Source of the DNA: Parvibaculaceae bacterium
GTDB lineage: Bacteria; Pseudomonadota; Alphaproteobacteria; RS24
Reading direction: 5' to 3'
Assembly: GCA_965219485.1 (NCBI GenBank)
Contig: OZ244774.1
Coordinates: 503,093 to 567,092 of the forward strand
DNA length: 64,000 bases
The position numbers and the translations under genes are program-made. Position 1 is the stretch's first letter. Every line of letters starts with the position of its first letter. Shown here piece after piece: positions 32,842-42,669 of this stretch. The notes below the pieces were generated by a model. That model was given only the letters and a program-made list of their open reading frames with translations. It was not told where the DNA came from and did not search any database.

Positions 32842-35232
32842 CTAGGGCTTCTCGACATAGCTGTCGAGAACTTTCTTGGTTCCCGCTTTTTCAAACACCA
32901 CGGTTAGCTTGTTGCCTTCGATGCCTTGAATGCGCCCATAGCCAAACTTCTGATGAAAAATCCGCTCGCCGCGCTCATAAGCACTATCCGATAAAGTGGA
33001 AGGAGCGCTTTCTGCGCGCCCATTTATTGTCGAGCTGCGCCCCGCGTAATTTTGTTTGTTGGCTTGGGCGCGTTGCCAGCCCGGACTGTTATAGCTGGAG
33101 CCAGAAAAATCATTGGCAAAGCGGCTTTGTGTCGCCAATCCACCTCCATCTTGACTGGTCTCGGCCACTTCCACATGGTCCATCGGCAACTCATCAATAA
33201 AGCGCGAGGGCAGAGCAGAATTCCATTGCCCATGCGTACGACGGTTGCCAGCAAAGGAAATCGTGGCGCGTATCTTGGCGCGCGTGATGCCCACATAGGC
33301 AAGGCGGCGTTCTTCTTCCAGTCCCTTATCGCCGCTCTCATCGAGGCTGCGCTGATGGGGAAACAAGCCTTCTTCCCAACCCGGAAGAAACACGGTTTCA
33401 AATTCCAAACCTTTAGCCGCGTGCAAGGTCATAATAGAGACCTTGTCTTCATTGTCATTGGTGGCGGCTTCCATCACCAACGAGATATGTTCGAGATAGC
33501 CGGTCAGGGTTTCGAAATCCTCCATGGAGCGAACGAGTTCTTTGAGGTTTTCTAATTTGCCGGGGGCTTCGGGCGATTTATCGGCCTGCCACATGGCGGT
33601 ATAGCCACTTTCGTCGAGTATCAATTCGGACAGCTCTGTGTGGGTCATCGTATCGACCAGGGAACGCCAATGCGTAACGGCGCGCACAAAGCCAGATAGA
33701 GAGCGACGCGCTGCGGGCTTTAACTCTTCTGTGTCGATAATGTCTTCGGCCGCGCGAAACATCGAGCGGTTTTGCTGGCGCGCGACTTGGCGCAAAGTTT
33801 GCAAAGCCACCTTGCCCAGGCCGCGACGCGGTTTATTGCAAATACGCTCAAAAGCTAAGTCATCATCGGGCTGGGCGATGAGGCGCAAATAAGCATTGGC
33901 ATCGCGAATTTCGGCGCGCTCATAAAACCGTGGCCCGCCAATAACCCGATAAGGAATGCCCAGAGATAGAAAGCGGTCTTCAAATTCACGCATCTGAAAA
34001 CTCGCACGCACTAGAACCGCCATCTCATTCAGGCTTTGGCCTTTGCGTTGGTGGTTTTCTATGTCGTCAGCGGTTTGGCGCGCTTCTTCTTCGCCGTCCC
34101 ATGTGCCGCGGACTTTTACCTTTTCGCCGTCGTCATTGCTGTCCGTCCATAGGGTTTTGCCCAAACGGCCTTCGTTCTTTTTAATCAGCCCTGAGGCGGC
34201 AGCCAAAATATTTCCGGTCGAGCGATAATTGCGCTCGAGCTTAATGACGCCCGCGCCGGGGAAATCTTTATCAAAGCGCAGAATATTATCGACCTCGGCG
34301 CCGCGCCAGCCATAAATAGATTGGTCATCATCGCCCACACAGCAGAGGTTGTTATGGCCCTGTGCCAGCAGGCGCAGCCATAGGTATTGCACGGCATTGG
34401 TATCTTGATACTCATCTACCAAAATATGTTTAAAGCGTTGTTGATACTCAACCAATACCGCCTCATTTTCACGGAACAATCGCAGGCATTCCAGCAGGAG
34501 GTCGCCAAAATCAGCCGCGTTTAAAATCTTCAATCGCGCTTGATATTGCGCGTAAATCTTGCCGCCCTGGCCATTGGCAAAAAACCCGCTTTCGCCTTGC
34601 GGCACGTTTTCAGGCAACCAGCCACGGTTTTTCCAACGGTCGATGAGCATGGCCATCTGCCGCGCGGGCCAGCGTTTGTCGTCGATGTTCTCAGCCTGAA
34701 TAATCTGTTTGAGCAATCGAATTTGGTCGTCGGTGTCGAGAATGGTAAAATCGGGGCGCAATTGCACCAGCTCTGCATGGCGGCGCATAATTTTGGCAGA
34801 CAAAGAGTGGAACGTGCCAAGCCATGGCATGCCCTCCACGGTTTCGCCGAGCATTTTGCCAATTCGGTCTTTCATCTCGCGCGCCGCTTTATTGGTAAAA
34901 GTCACGGCCAATATTTGGCTCGGCCAAGCTTGTTGTGTAGCGATTTTATAGGCAATGCGCGTGGTCAGCGCGCGGGTTTTGCCTGTGCCGGCGCCCGCCA
35001 ATAACAAAAGCGGACCATCGGGGGCTGTCACGGCTTGGCGTTGCTCGTCATTCAACCCCTCTAGTAGCGGTTCAGTGCGGGGTGCTGAAGCGGCTTGGGC
35101 CGCGCGTTGGGATACGCTCAAGCCTTCGTGTGGCTCGGGCGTTTGCGGGCGGTTGCCTGCAAGGGGGTCAGAGTTTTTAGGCGCTTGTGGCACCTGCATG
35201 TCATCGCCCAAATCGAACGGATCGCTTTCCAT
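32842..35232 (-). CDS. uvrD: ATP-dependent DNA helicase, UvrD/PcrA/Rep family
   Basis: SF1 motifs: AGAGTGKT (Walker A), TFTNKAA, VDEYQDTN, GDDDQSIYGWRGA, NYRS, MTLHAAKGLEF and YVGITRA. Confidence 0.9.
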   Translation of the reverse strand: MESDPFDLGDDMQVPQAPKNSDPLAGNRPQTPEPHEGLSVSQRAAQAASAPRTEPLLEGLNDEQRQAVTAPDGPLLLLAGAGTGKTRALTTRIAYKIATQQAWPSQILAVTFTNKAAREMKDRIGKMLGETVEGMPWLGTFHSLSAKIMRRHAELVQLRPDFTILDTDDQIRLLKQIIQAENIDDKRWPARQMAMLIDRWKNRGWLPENVPQGESGFFANGQGGKIYAQYQARLKILNAADFGDLLLECLRLFRENEAVLVEYQQRFKHILVDEYQDTNAVQYLWLRLLAQGHNNLCCVGDDDQSIYGWRGAEVDNILRFDKDFPGAGVIKLERNYRSTGNILAAASGLIKKNEGRLGKTLWTDSNDDGEKVKVRGTWDGEEEARQTADDIENHQRKGQSLNEMAVLVRASFQMREFEDRFLSLGIPYRVIGGPRFYERAEIRDANAYLRLIAQPDDDLAFERICNKPRRGLGKVALQTLRQVARQQNRSMFRAAEDIIDTEELKPAARRSLSGFVRAVTHWRSLVDTMTHTELSELILDESGYTAMWQADKSPEAPGKLENLKELVRSMEDFETLTGYLEHISLVMEAATNDNEDKVSIMTLHAAKGLEFETVFLPGWEEGLFPHQRSLDESGDKGLEEERRLAYVGITRAKIRATISFAGNRRTHGQWNSALPSRFIDELPMDHVEVAETSQDGGGLATQSRFANDFSGSSYNSPGWQRAQANKQNYAGRSSTINGRAESAPSTLSDSAYERGERIFHQKFGYGRIQGIEGNKLTVVFEKAGTKKVLDSYVEKP

Positions 35233-35350
35233 ATATCTGCCTTAAATTGATTCTGCCACGATAGCATCTAAGGGCTAGGGCAGAATAGGAATTCATAGCC
35301 AAGGGGGAGAGGGCTTGGTATCGTGGCTCATGAAAACAAAGAGGAACCCC

Positions 35351-38300
35351 ATGCGTTTTCCCGCCATACCCTTTTTAATCGCTTTGATGTTGCTGATAAC
35401 CACAGCTGTGGTGGTGCCCAATAGCTTGCGCTTGGCACAAGCCACGCAAGCTTTGGTCTCTGATTTAGGGAGCGAAGCTGGCATAGAGGTTCGCTTTGAT
35501 AACGCCATAAAAGATAGCGTTCGCTTAAGGATGCTGCCGCGCCCGCAGGTTATTTTTACGAATTTGAGCCTGACCAGCTCCGATACAACGAAAGTGCAGA
35601 TGGCGGCCAAATTGCCGAGGCTAATTGTCGACCTTGATATCGCAGCCCTTTTTCAACGCCGCCTCAAGGTGAAAAGCGTGCATGTGCTTGAGGCCGACAT
35701 TACGGCTCAATTCGGCCAAAGCCCGCAAGGGTTTCTCGCCTCGCTGCTTTCCGTCTCGCAACCAGGGCTTTATTTGCTCGATAGCCGAGTGGTGGCATCT
35801 GGCTTGAACGCAGGCGATGCCTCCAAAACTATTCAATTGCCATCGGTCTCTTTGGCCATGCCGCCTCGAAATATAGGGGAGCCGTTAAACCTAACGATAG
35901 AGCACCCGACAGGGTTTGGTGAGTTGGCGCAATTTGCTTTGCAGTTAAGCGAGCAAAACCCAGCCGTGCCCAATTCGTCAATCGATGTGCGGGCCAACCT
36001 GCGGCTTGCGGTAAACGAAAACCTTGCCTTTGAAGGGTCGGTTACGCGTCATCAAAACTGGCGGTTGGACGGCGAGCTTAGCCTTTCCTCGGGGCATGCG
36101 ATGGCAGGCTTGATAGAGCATTATCTGCCAGTCTCCATTTCATCGGAAGCGCGATTGGTGTCTTTCTCCGGATTGGTTCGAGGTGATGCAACGGGTATTC
36201 GTTCCGAGAACTTAGAAATATCGGCGCTCAATACTTTGTTCCAATCTCGCCTCGCCTTGGATTGGCCAAATACGTTGGAGCCCGATAGCCACAATGGCCC
36301 GCTTTTGATTGGGCGGCTATCGACGGGGTCTTTGAAGCTAGATGTTCTGCGCGCGGCGCCCAAGCCTTCGTCTCCGGCGCCGGCCGCCGATCGATTGTGG
36401 CGCAGTTTGGCGCCCGACCTTGGTATGGGGTTGCGCCTAGAGGCGAACCAATTCGAACTTGGTGGCGAAACGGGGAGTAATTTATTGCTGGCCTTTGATT
36501 GGCGCGGCCAACAAATGGATATCGAACGCCTAAGCCTCAATCTGCCATTTCGTAGCGCCCTCTTGGCCGTCGGGGTGCTGGATGTTTCAGCCCCAACACC
36601 TGCTTTCTCGGGCAGTTTTTCAGCCCGTAGCTCCGATGGGTTGGCGGCTATGATATGGGCCAGCGATCAATTTTCGTCCGACATCTCAGGTTTAGCTGAG
36701 AGTATTGACCCCTCGCGGTTACAACGCGTTAGTTTGGTTGGCGATATCGACTGGTCGAACGAAAGCCTGCAGTTAACCCGACTGTCGGGACGCCTAGATG
36801 ACGATCGGGTTTCTGGCGAAATTTCCGTCAGGCAAGGCCCCGCCCTCCATGTCGGGGCTGATTTGAATTTCTCTCGCCTAGATATGAGCGATTGGGGAAT
36901 AGGCGATGGGCAAACCAATCGGGACTTTAAGCTGGCCGCAATTTGGCACCCTGTGCATAGAGCCATGGGGTCATGGCTGCAAAAACCAGATGAAAAGCGC
37001 CAGGTAAAACTGCGGTTGGAAGCAAATCAGCTGTATTCGGGCACGCAAAGCTTTGGCCCGGTGCAATTGGAAGCTCACGTAAAAGACCAATATCTTACCC
37101 TCGACGAGGTTCAGCTAGCAGACTTCAGCGGCGCACAGATTAGCGCCACAGGAAAAATGGATTACGCAACGGGTCTGCCACATGGTGAGATAGATGTGCA
37201 GCTCGAGAGCTCTCGTTTGAAAGAGCTGGCGGCCCCCGTCTTGCGCCGCTTTATCCCGATTTCATTTGCCGCCGATACGTCCGCTTCTCTATCCGGCAAC
37301 CTACGTCTAAGCTCGCCCGAGGCCCCGGATTGGCCCGATGCCAAATTCGCCGGACGCGGTAAAATCGGCGACTTAGGCGCTCATTTTAATATTATAACAC
37401 CGTCCCGTTCCCTCGATTATGGGGTCGCTGGCAGTAGGGTTTCTCTGATTTTAAATGGTTCAGCAAACGATTTAGCTCATCCCTTCAAGCTTCCGTCGCA
37501 CTATCCCGCCTCGGCGCAAGGACGCCTCGAAGTCGCCCTCGATCGCCAAAGCACAGATGTTTCCGCTCTGCGCGGTGAGTTGGTCTTGAGCGAAGACAAA
37601 GCACAAGTGTCGGGCCGTTTGCGCCCTTCCGCCGATGGGCCTCGTCTGGAGGGGGCGCTGAGTTTCACCACAACCAATATATTGCCCTTATTGGGCGTGC
37701 AATCGAGCGCGTCAAACCTGTCGGCTTCGGCGCGGGGGCAATTAAACGCCTCGGCAACGAATATTGGATTTTCGGGTTTCGAAGGCCAGCTTGGCGATGG
37801 AAAAATGAATATCGACGGGATTTTGCAACTAGGGGACGCAGCCCCTCAGTTGGCCGCAGACATTTTTTTGGATGGCACAGACCTCACATGGGCTTTGCCG
37901 GAATGGACGAGCACCGGCTGGGCGCAAACGCCTATGGCTTGGCCTCTTTTGGGGTATGCCAATGCGGATATGAACTTACGCTTACTGAACGCGAACTTTG
38001 GCTCTGTGCCGGTAAATAGCGCGATGGCGCGGCTAAAATTGATTGAGGGCGTGCTGGAAGTGCCAGAGATGGGCGCGCAATTTCTGGGTGGAAAACTATC
38101 GGCCAATCTTCAGGCAGAGGGCGGTAGCCTAAATCCTTATTTTAATCTGGAAGCTAGCTTCACAGATATACGACCGCCGACTTTGCAGGCCTCAAGCGCT
38201 CGGAATTCCGTTTGGGATGCGCCGCATCGTGGCACGCTGGCGTTGCGCGGGCGCGGCACCTCGGTGGCTGCCATGATGGAGTCTGTCTCTGGATCTCTCC

Positions 38301-38707
38301 AAGTCGATGCGGGCGCGGGCGCGTTCACTTTTATCGATGGGCAGGGCCTGACCAAGGCTCTAGCCTCGCCAGATTATTCTGGCAAGGCAAAAGACTTGGT
38401 CGGGGAATATCTTGGCGCGGGCGATATACCTTTTGAACGCGGCATAGGCGTGGCTCAAATCCGCAATGGTCGGGTTGAAACGGCGACGGCAGATTTCGCC
38501 CTTGCGGCGCCGCGTGCCTCGGCTCAGTTTAAGGCTCAGGTCGATTTGGTAACGCAAGAAATGGTGGCCAAATTCCAACTACCGATCGCCCAGCCCGGCA
38601 ATAACCTCGTGTGGGATATCTCTGGCCCCATTGCTAAGCCGAAGGTCGAGTTAGATGTGTCTCAACTGCAGGCGCCTAAGAAGCCGAGCGCACCCAGTTT
38701 AGAATAG
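35351..38707 (+). CDS. AsmA-family outer-membrane biogenesis protein (large, N-terminally anchored)
   Basis: About 1120 aa with a single N-terminal TM (IPFLIALMLLITTAVVV) and a long beta-rich periplasmic body typical of AsmA/TamB-like proteins. The start is set at ATG 35351 (AGAGGA 7 nt upstream). The track start at 35315 is TTG, and ATG 35330 is also possible. Confidence 0.72.
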   Translation: MRFPAIPFLIALMLLITTAVVVPNSLRLAQATQALVSDLGSEAGIEVRFDNAIKDSVRLRMLPRPQVIFTNLSLTSSDTTKVQMAAKLPRLIVDLDIAALFQRRLKVKSVHVLEADITAQFGQSPQGFLASLLSVSQPGLYLLDSRVVASGLNAGDASKTIQLPSVSLAMPPRNIGEPLNLTIEHPTGFGELAQFALQLSEQNPAVPNSSIDVRANLRLAVNENLAFEGSVTRHQNWRLDGELSLSSGHAMAGLIEHYLPVSISSEARLVSFSGLVRGDATGIRSENLEISALNTLFQSRLALDWPNTLEPDSHNGPLLIGRLSTGSLKLDVLRAAPKPSSPAPAADRLWRSLAPDLGMGLRLEANQFELGGETGSNLLLAFDWRGQQMDIERLSLNLPFRSALLAVGVLDVSAPTPAFSGSFSARSSDGLAAMIWASDQFSSDISGLAESIDPSRLQRVSLVGDIDWSNESLQLTRLSGRLDDDRVSGEISVRQGPALHVGADLNFSRLDMSDWGIGDGQTNRDFKLAAIWHPVHRAMGSWLQKPDEKRQVKLRLEANQLYSGTQSFGPVQLEAHVKDQYLTLDEVQLADFSGAQISATGKMDYATGLPHGEIDVQLESSRLKELAAPVLRRFIPISFAADTSASLSGNLRLSSPEAPDWPDAKFAGRGKIGDLGAHFNIITPSRSLDYGVAGSRVSLILNGSANDLAHPFKLPSHYPASAQGRLEVALDRQSTDVSALRGELVLSEDKAQVSGRLRPSADGPRLEGALSFTTTNILPLLGVQSSASNLSASARGQLNASATNIGFSGFEGQLGDGKMNIDGILQLGDAAPQLAADIFLDGTDLTWALPEWTSTGWAQTPMAWPLLGYANADMNLRLLNANFGSVPVNSAMARLKLIEGVLEVPEMGAQFLGGKLSANLQAEGGSLNPYFNLEASFTDIRPPTLQASSARNSVWDAPHRGTLALRGRGTSVAAMMESVSGSLQVDAGAGAFTFIDGQGLTKALASPDYSGKAKDLVGEYLGAGDIPFERGIGVAQIRNGRVETATADFALAAPRASAQFKAQVDLVTQEMVAKFQLPIAQPGNNLVWDISGPIAKPKVELDVSQLQAPKKPSAPSLE

Positions 38708-38888
38708 CCACCCGCAGGGTACTGGAGAGGCTGGCGTCTCTAGAGCTGGCGTCGAGCTTGCGAATGAGGTCTGGCAGCGAGCAGTCTTGCGCGGCTGCCA
38801 TATCTTTCAAAGCGTCCCAAAACGCGGGCTCCAAAGACACGCTGGTGGCGTGTCCGGCGATAGAGATGGAGCGTTTTTCAGGCTTCAT
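38676..38888 (-). CDS. Small ribbon-helix-helix (RHH_4-like) protein
   Basis: 70 aa. RSISIAGHATSVSLEPAFWDALKDMAA...LSSTLRVAIL matches the RHH_4 pattern common in alphaproteobacteria. It starts 9 nt after the fumC stop, and its 3' end overlaps the asmA 3' end by 32 nt. Confidence 0.65.
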   Translation of the reverse strand: MKPEKRSISIAGHATSVSLEPAFWDALKDMAAAQDCSLPDLIRKLDASSRDASLSSTLRVAILNWVRSAS

Positions 38889-38897
38889 ACAAGACCT

Positions 38898-40289
38898 TTA
38901 TTTCGGGGCAATCATATCCTCAGGGCGCACCACAGCGTCAAATTCAGCTTCGGTCACAAAGCCCAAGCCGACCGCTTCTTCGCGCAAGGTCGTTCCGTTT
39001 TTATGCGCCGTTTTAGCTACTTTGGTTGCATTGTCATAGCCAATGGTCGGCGCCAAAGCGGTTACCAACATCAAGGAGCGCGCCATCAGAGCGGCGATAT
39101 TATCTTCATTGGCTTGAATGCCAACCACACAATTATCGGTAAAGCTCACGGCCGCATCTGCCAGCAAACGAATAGACTGCAACACATTGGCCGCAATCAC
39201 TGGCTTATAAACATTCAACTCGAAATGACCTTGCGAACCGGCGAAAGAAACGGCGGTATTATTGCCCATCACTTGCGCGCAAACCATGGTCAGCGCTTCG
39301 CATTGTGTTGGGTTTACTTTGCCAGGCATGATGGACGAGCCGGGCTCATTTTCCGGCAGGCTCAATTCGCCAAGTCCTGAACGCGGGCCCGAGCCAAGCA
39401 AGCGAATATCATTGGCAATCTTGAAGAGCGACACAGCCACTTCGTTCAAGCTACCATGCGCTTCTACCATGGCGTCATGGGTTGCCAGGGCTTCGAATTT
39501 ATTTGGCGCCGTCACGAAAGGCAGTTTGGTATAGGCCGCCACATGTTCGGCAAACCCTTCGGCAAAGCCGATTTTGGCATTAATGCCTGTGCCGACGGCT
39601 GTGCCACCTTGCGCCAATTGATAAAGCTTTGGCAAAACGGCTTCTACACGCTGAATGCCATTTTCGACCATGGCGACATAGCCGGAAAACTCTTGCCCCA
39701 AAGTCAGTGGCGTAGCGTCTTGCGTGTGCGTGCGGCCGATTTTGATGATGTCCTTGAACGCCTGTTTTTTGTCGTTCAACGCATTGGCCAATTTTTTGAG
39801 GCTCGGTACGAGTAGATGCACAATTTCCTCGGCTGCGGCAATGTGCATGGCGGTCGGGAAGGTGTCATTGGACGATTGGCTGCGGTTGCAATGGTCATTT
39901 GGATGCACAGGGTCTTTCGAGCCCATAGTGCCGCCCATAGCCTCGATGGCGCGATTGGAAATCACTTCATTGGCATTCATGTTCGACTGTGTGCCGGAGC
40001 CCGTTTGCCAAATTACCAGCGGGAAATGATCGTCCAATTTGCCTTCGGCAACATCGGCGGCGGCGTTAACAATAGCGTTACCGATATCGCTCTCTAAATT
40101 ATCCAGTGCCATATTGGCTTGCGCGGCGGACATTTTTACAATGCCAAGGGCGCGCACGAGCGGGAGCGGCATTTTTTCGGTACCGATTTTAAAATTGCCT
40201 AACGAGCGCTGCGTTTGCGCCCCCCAATATTTTTCGGATGGCACTTCTAATGGGCCAAAGCTGTCGGTTTCTTTGCGTGTATCGGTCAT
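38898..40289 (-). CDS. fumC: Class II fumarate hydratase
   Basis: [21 protein letters not shown] at the N-terminus, and the fumarate lyase signature [16 protein letters not shown]. Confidence 0.97.
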   Translation of the reverse strand: MTDTRKETDSFGPLEVPSEKYWGAQTQRSLGNFKIGTEKMPLPLVRALGIVKMSAAQANMALDNLESDIGNAIVNAAADVAEGKLDDHFPLVIWQTGSGTQSNMNANEVISNRAIEAMGGTMGSKDPVHPNDHCNRSQSSNDTFPTAMHIAAAEEIVHLLVPSLKKLANALNDKKQAFKDIIKIGRTHTQDATPLTLGQEFSGYVAMVENGIQRVEAVLPKLYQLAQGGTAVGTGINAKIGFAEGFAEHVAAYTKLPFVTAPNKFEALATHDAMVEAHGSLNEVAVSLFKIANDIRLLGSGPRSGLGELSLPENEPGSSIMPGKVNPTQCEALTMVCAQVMGNNTAVSFAGSQGHFELNVYKPVIAANVLQSIRLLADAAVSFTDNCVVGIQANEDNIAALMARSLMLVTALAPTIGYDNATKVAKTAHKNGTTLREEAVGLGFVTEAEFDAVVRPEDMIAPK

Positions 40290-40356
40290 GGCCGTATCTC
40301 CCTTAAATCGTCAAGTCTTGTGTCGCGGTCTAGCATAGGGCTGCCGCATTTGTCTC

Positions 40357-40884
40357 TTATTTATCGCGAAAACTATCGAGGCTCACCACTTCGCCGCTAG
40401 CGCCATCTGGCTTTGGGGCTGTTTTTTGGTCGCCTTCGGCCAAGCCATAGTTATCTTCTAAGTCGGCTTCTGGGTCTTCGCTTAACGGCGGCTCGACATC
40501 AAACATCAAGCCGAAAGCTACGGATGGATCGTAGAATTTCGATAAGGCTTTAAACGGCACGACAAGGCGCTCGGCTTGATTGTTAAAACTCAAGGTAACC
40601 TGAAAGGCATCCTCGTCGACCTCAAGGTCTTCAAATTGGTTTTGCAAAACAATGGTAATTTCTTCTGGGTGGGCGGCGCGCATTTTGTCGGACAAAACCA
40701 CGCCTTCGCTTTGGGTGTAATAGGTCAGGTAAAAATGATGCTCGCCCACGAGCCCGTCTTGCGCCACTTGGCGTAATACATTTTTCACCATATCGAGGAG
40801 GGCCGTTTGAGCGCGCTCCGCATATTGGTAAAAGTCGTCAGTCGTGTCGGAAGGGGGGAGAGGTGGCGTCGTATCGTCTGGCAT
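40357..40884 (-). CDS. sspB: ClpXP adaptor SspB (alpha-type)
   Basis: GEHHFYLTYYT..., EEITIVLQNQFEDLEVDEDAFQVTLSFNNQAERLVVPFKALSKFYDPSVAFGL matches the SspB substrate-binding domain. An acidic linker and a short C-terminal tail (VVSLDSFRDK) resemble a ClpX-binding peptide. Confidence 0.85.
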   Translation of the reverse strand: MPDDTTPPLPPSDTTDDFYQYAERAQTALLDMVKNVLRQVAQDGLVGEHHFYLTYYTQSEGVVLSDKMRAAHPEEITIVLQNQFEDLEVDEDAFQVTLSFNNQAERLVVPFKALSKFYDPSVAFGLMFDVEPPLSEDPEADLEDNYGLAEGDQKTAPKPDGASGEVVSLDSFRDK

Positions 40885-40915
40885 AGGTGGTTTCCGTTTT
40901 GCTGCTTTGGTTTGC

Positions 40916-41228
40916 CCAAAAAGTGGAAGGCTTCTGTTGCCAGGTGCCTTCCGAACCCCGCCAAAACCTGCGAAGGAATTGGACTTAATGTGAAGGTCGT
41001 GACTGCTTACGCAGCGACGGCTACTTCCGCATAGTTGTCATTTGCAACTACTAAAATGGCCCGATAACGATGGTACCATGCCGAGCGACGGAAACATCCT
41101 TTACGCCCTCGTCGATCCTGTTTCGCCCCCAAAAAGCTATAGAGATTTGGTGGAGGCGCCGGGTACTGCCCCCGGGTCCGATAGGTTTATTACGAAGTCC
41201 GTGTATCGCCATAGTCGGCAAGCCGACG
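40916..41228 (-). ncRNA. ssrA: tmRNA, circularly permuted two-piece (alphaproteobacterial) form
   Basis: Read on the minus strand. The acceptor piece ends GGACCCGGGGGCAGTACCCGGCGCCTCCACCA (CCA at 41148). A 17-nt spacer follows, and the coding piece begins GGGGGCGAAACAGGATCGACGAGGG at 41130, where GGGGGCG pairs with CGCCTCC with G3:U70. The tag ORF GCA AAT GAC AAC TAT GCG GAA GTA GCC GTC GCT GCG TAA encodes ANDNYAEVAVAA (41045 down to 41007). Terminator GGAAGGC...GCCTTCC plus T5 lies at 40952-40918. The 5' end is approximate, placed about 7 nt after a TATAAA box at 41238-41233. Confidence 0.85.
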
Positions 41229-41315
41229 CCTCTTTATATCATTTCTCACAGGTAAATAACAGGGGGGGTGCGAAAGGGATTGCGCCCGCCCACAAGAATC
41301 GTTGAATATGCGGCT

Positions 41316-42110
41316 ATGAAAGAATATTTATCTCTTCTAGAGCGCGTGCTGCATACGGGCGTAAAACGCGAAGACCGCACAGGAACCGGCACTTTATCGG
41401 TGTTCGGCCATCAAATGCGCTTCGATTTGGGCCGTGGATTTCCGGTTTTGACGACCAAAAAACTGCACTTAAAATCCATCATCCACGAATTGCTATGGTT
41501 TCTCTCAGGCGACACAAATATCGCCTATTTAAAGGAAAATGGCGTCAAGATTTGGGATGATTGGGCCGATGAAACTGGCGAATTAGGCCCGGTTTACGGC
41601 AAGCAGTGGCGCAGTTGGCAAACCCCTGGTGGCGCGCATATCGACCAGATTTCCCAGCTTGTTCAGCAGCTGAAAAATAATCCCGACTCGCGACGACATA
41701 TTGTCACCGCTTGGAACCCTGCCGATGTCGAAGACATGGCGCTGCCGCCGTGTCATTGCTTGTTTCAGTTTTATATTGCGCGCGGCAAGCTGTCTTGCCA
41801 GCTCTATCAACGCTCGGCCGATATTTTTCTTGGCGTGCCGTTTAACATCGCGTCCTATGCTTTGCTAACGAAAATGTTAGCGCAAGTGTGTGACCTAGAG
41901 CCAGGCGAGTTCATCCATACTTTGGGCGATGCGCATCTGTATCTTAATCATATTGATCAAGCCAAAGAACAGCTCATGCGCAAGCCCGGCAATCTGCCCG
42001 GGCTGGTGATGAACCCGGATAAAAAAGATATCTTCGATTTCACTTTTGATGATTTCGAACTGACTAATTATGTCTCGCAGCCGCATATCGCGGCGCCGAT
42101 TGCCGTCTAA
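41316..42110 (+). CDS. thyA: Thymidylate synthase
   Basis: [19 protein letters not shown], the active site [11 protein letters not shown], and DAHLYLNH. The start is moved to ATG 41316 because the track start at 41268 overlaps the ssrA promoter region. Confidence 0.97.
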   Translation: MKEYLSLLERVLHTGVKREDRTGTGTLSVFGHQMRFDLGRGFPVLTTKKLHLKSIIHELLWFLSGDTNIAYLKENGVKIWDDWADETGELGPVYGKQWRSWQTPGGAHIDQISQLVQQLKNNPDSRRHIVTAWNPADVEDMALPPCHCLFQFYIARGKLSCQLYQRSADIFLGVPFNIASYALLTKMLAQVCDLEPGEFIHTLGDAHLYLNHIDQAKEQLMRKPGNLPGLVMNPDKKDIFDFTFDDFELTNYVSQPHIAAPIAV

Positions 42111-42623
42111 ATGCCGAAAATAGAGATGGTCGTGGCCGTGGCCGAAAATGGCATCATCGGCAAAGATGGCGCCATGCCATGGCGTTTGCCCTCGGACCTC
42201 AAGCATTTTAAACAAGTCACCATGGGCTGCCCAATTATCATGGGCCGTTTAACCTGGCAATCCATCGGGCGGGCTTTGCCAGGGCGCCTTAATATTGTTA
42301 TCAGCCGCAGCGAATTAGATTTACCAGACGGCGTAATGTGCGTGGCCTCGGCCGAGGCGGCCGTGCAAGCTGGGGCCGAGGCGGCCGTGCAAGCTGGGGG
42401 CGATACGCAGACTTTGATGATTATCGGTGGCGGGCAGATTTATAAAATCTTCGAACCGATGGCGACGACCCTGCATTTTACACAAGTGCACGACACGCCC
42501 GATGGCGACACAAGTTTTGCCCTCAGCCAGCCCGACGATTGGCAAGAGGTGGCTCGCGAGAGATTTTCTGCTGGTGAAAAAGATAGCGCCGACTATAGTT
42601 TTATCACGCTTCAGCGTCGTTAA
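42111..42623 (+). CDS. folA: Dihydrofolate reductase (carries an 8-codon internal duplication)
   Basis: IGKDGAMPWRLPSDLKHFKQVT, the GR motif (IIMGRLTWQSIG) and IIGGGQIY. It starts immediately after the thyA stop (TAAATG). Confidence 0.92.
   Translation: MPKIEMVVAVAENGIIGKDGAMPWRLPSDLKHFKQVTMGCPIIMGRLTWQSIGRALPGRLNIVISRSELDLPDGVMCVASAEAAVQAGAEAAVQAGGDTQTLMIIGGGQIYKIFEPMATTLHFTQVHDTPDGDTSFALSQPDDWQEVARERFSAGEKDSADYSFITLQRR
42351..42398 (+). repeat. Perfect 24-bp tandem duplication inside folA
   Basis: GCCGAGGCGGCCGTGCAAGCTGGG at 42351-42374 is repeated exactly at 42375-42398. It is in frame and encodes AEAAVQAG twice. Confidence 0.95.
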
Positions 42624-42669
42624 AACTGCGGCATCGGCCTTTCGTGGTTGATGCCAAGAGGAGGGCATT

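Noticed and set aside
41042-41305. 87-aa plus-strand ORF between sspB and thyA
   Set aside because: The region is fully explained by the minus-strand two-piece tmRNA gene and its promoter.
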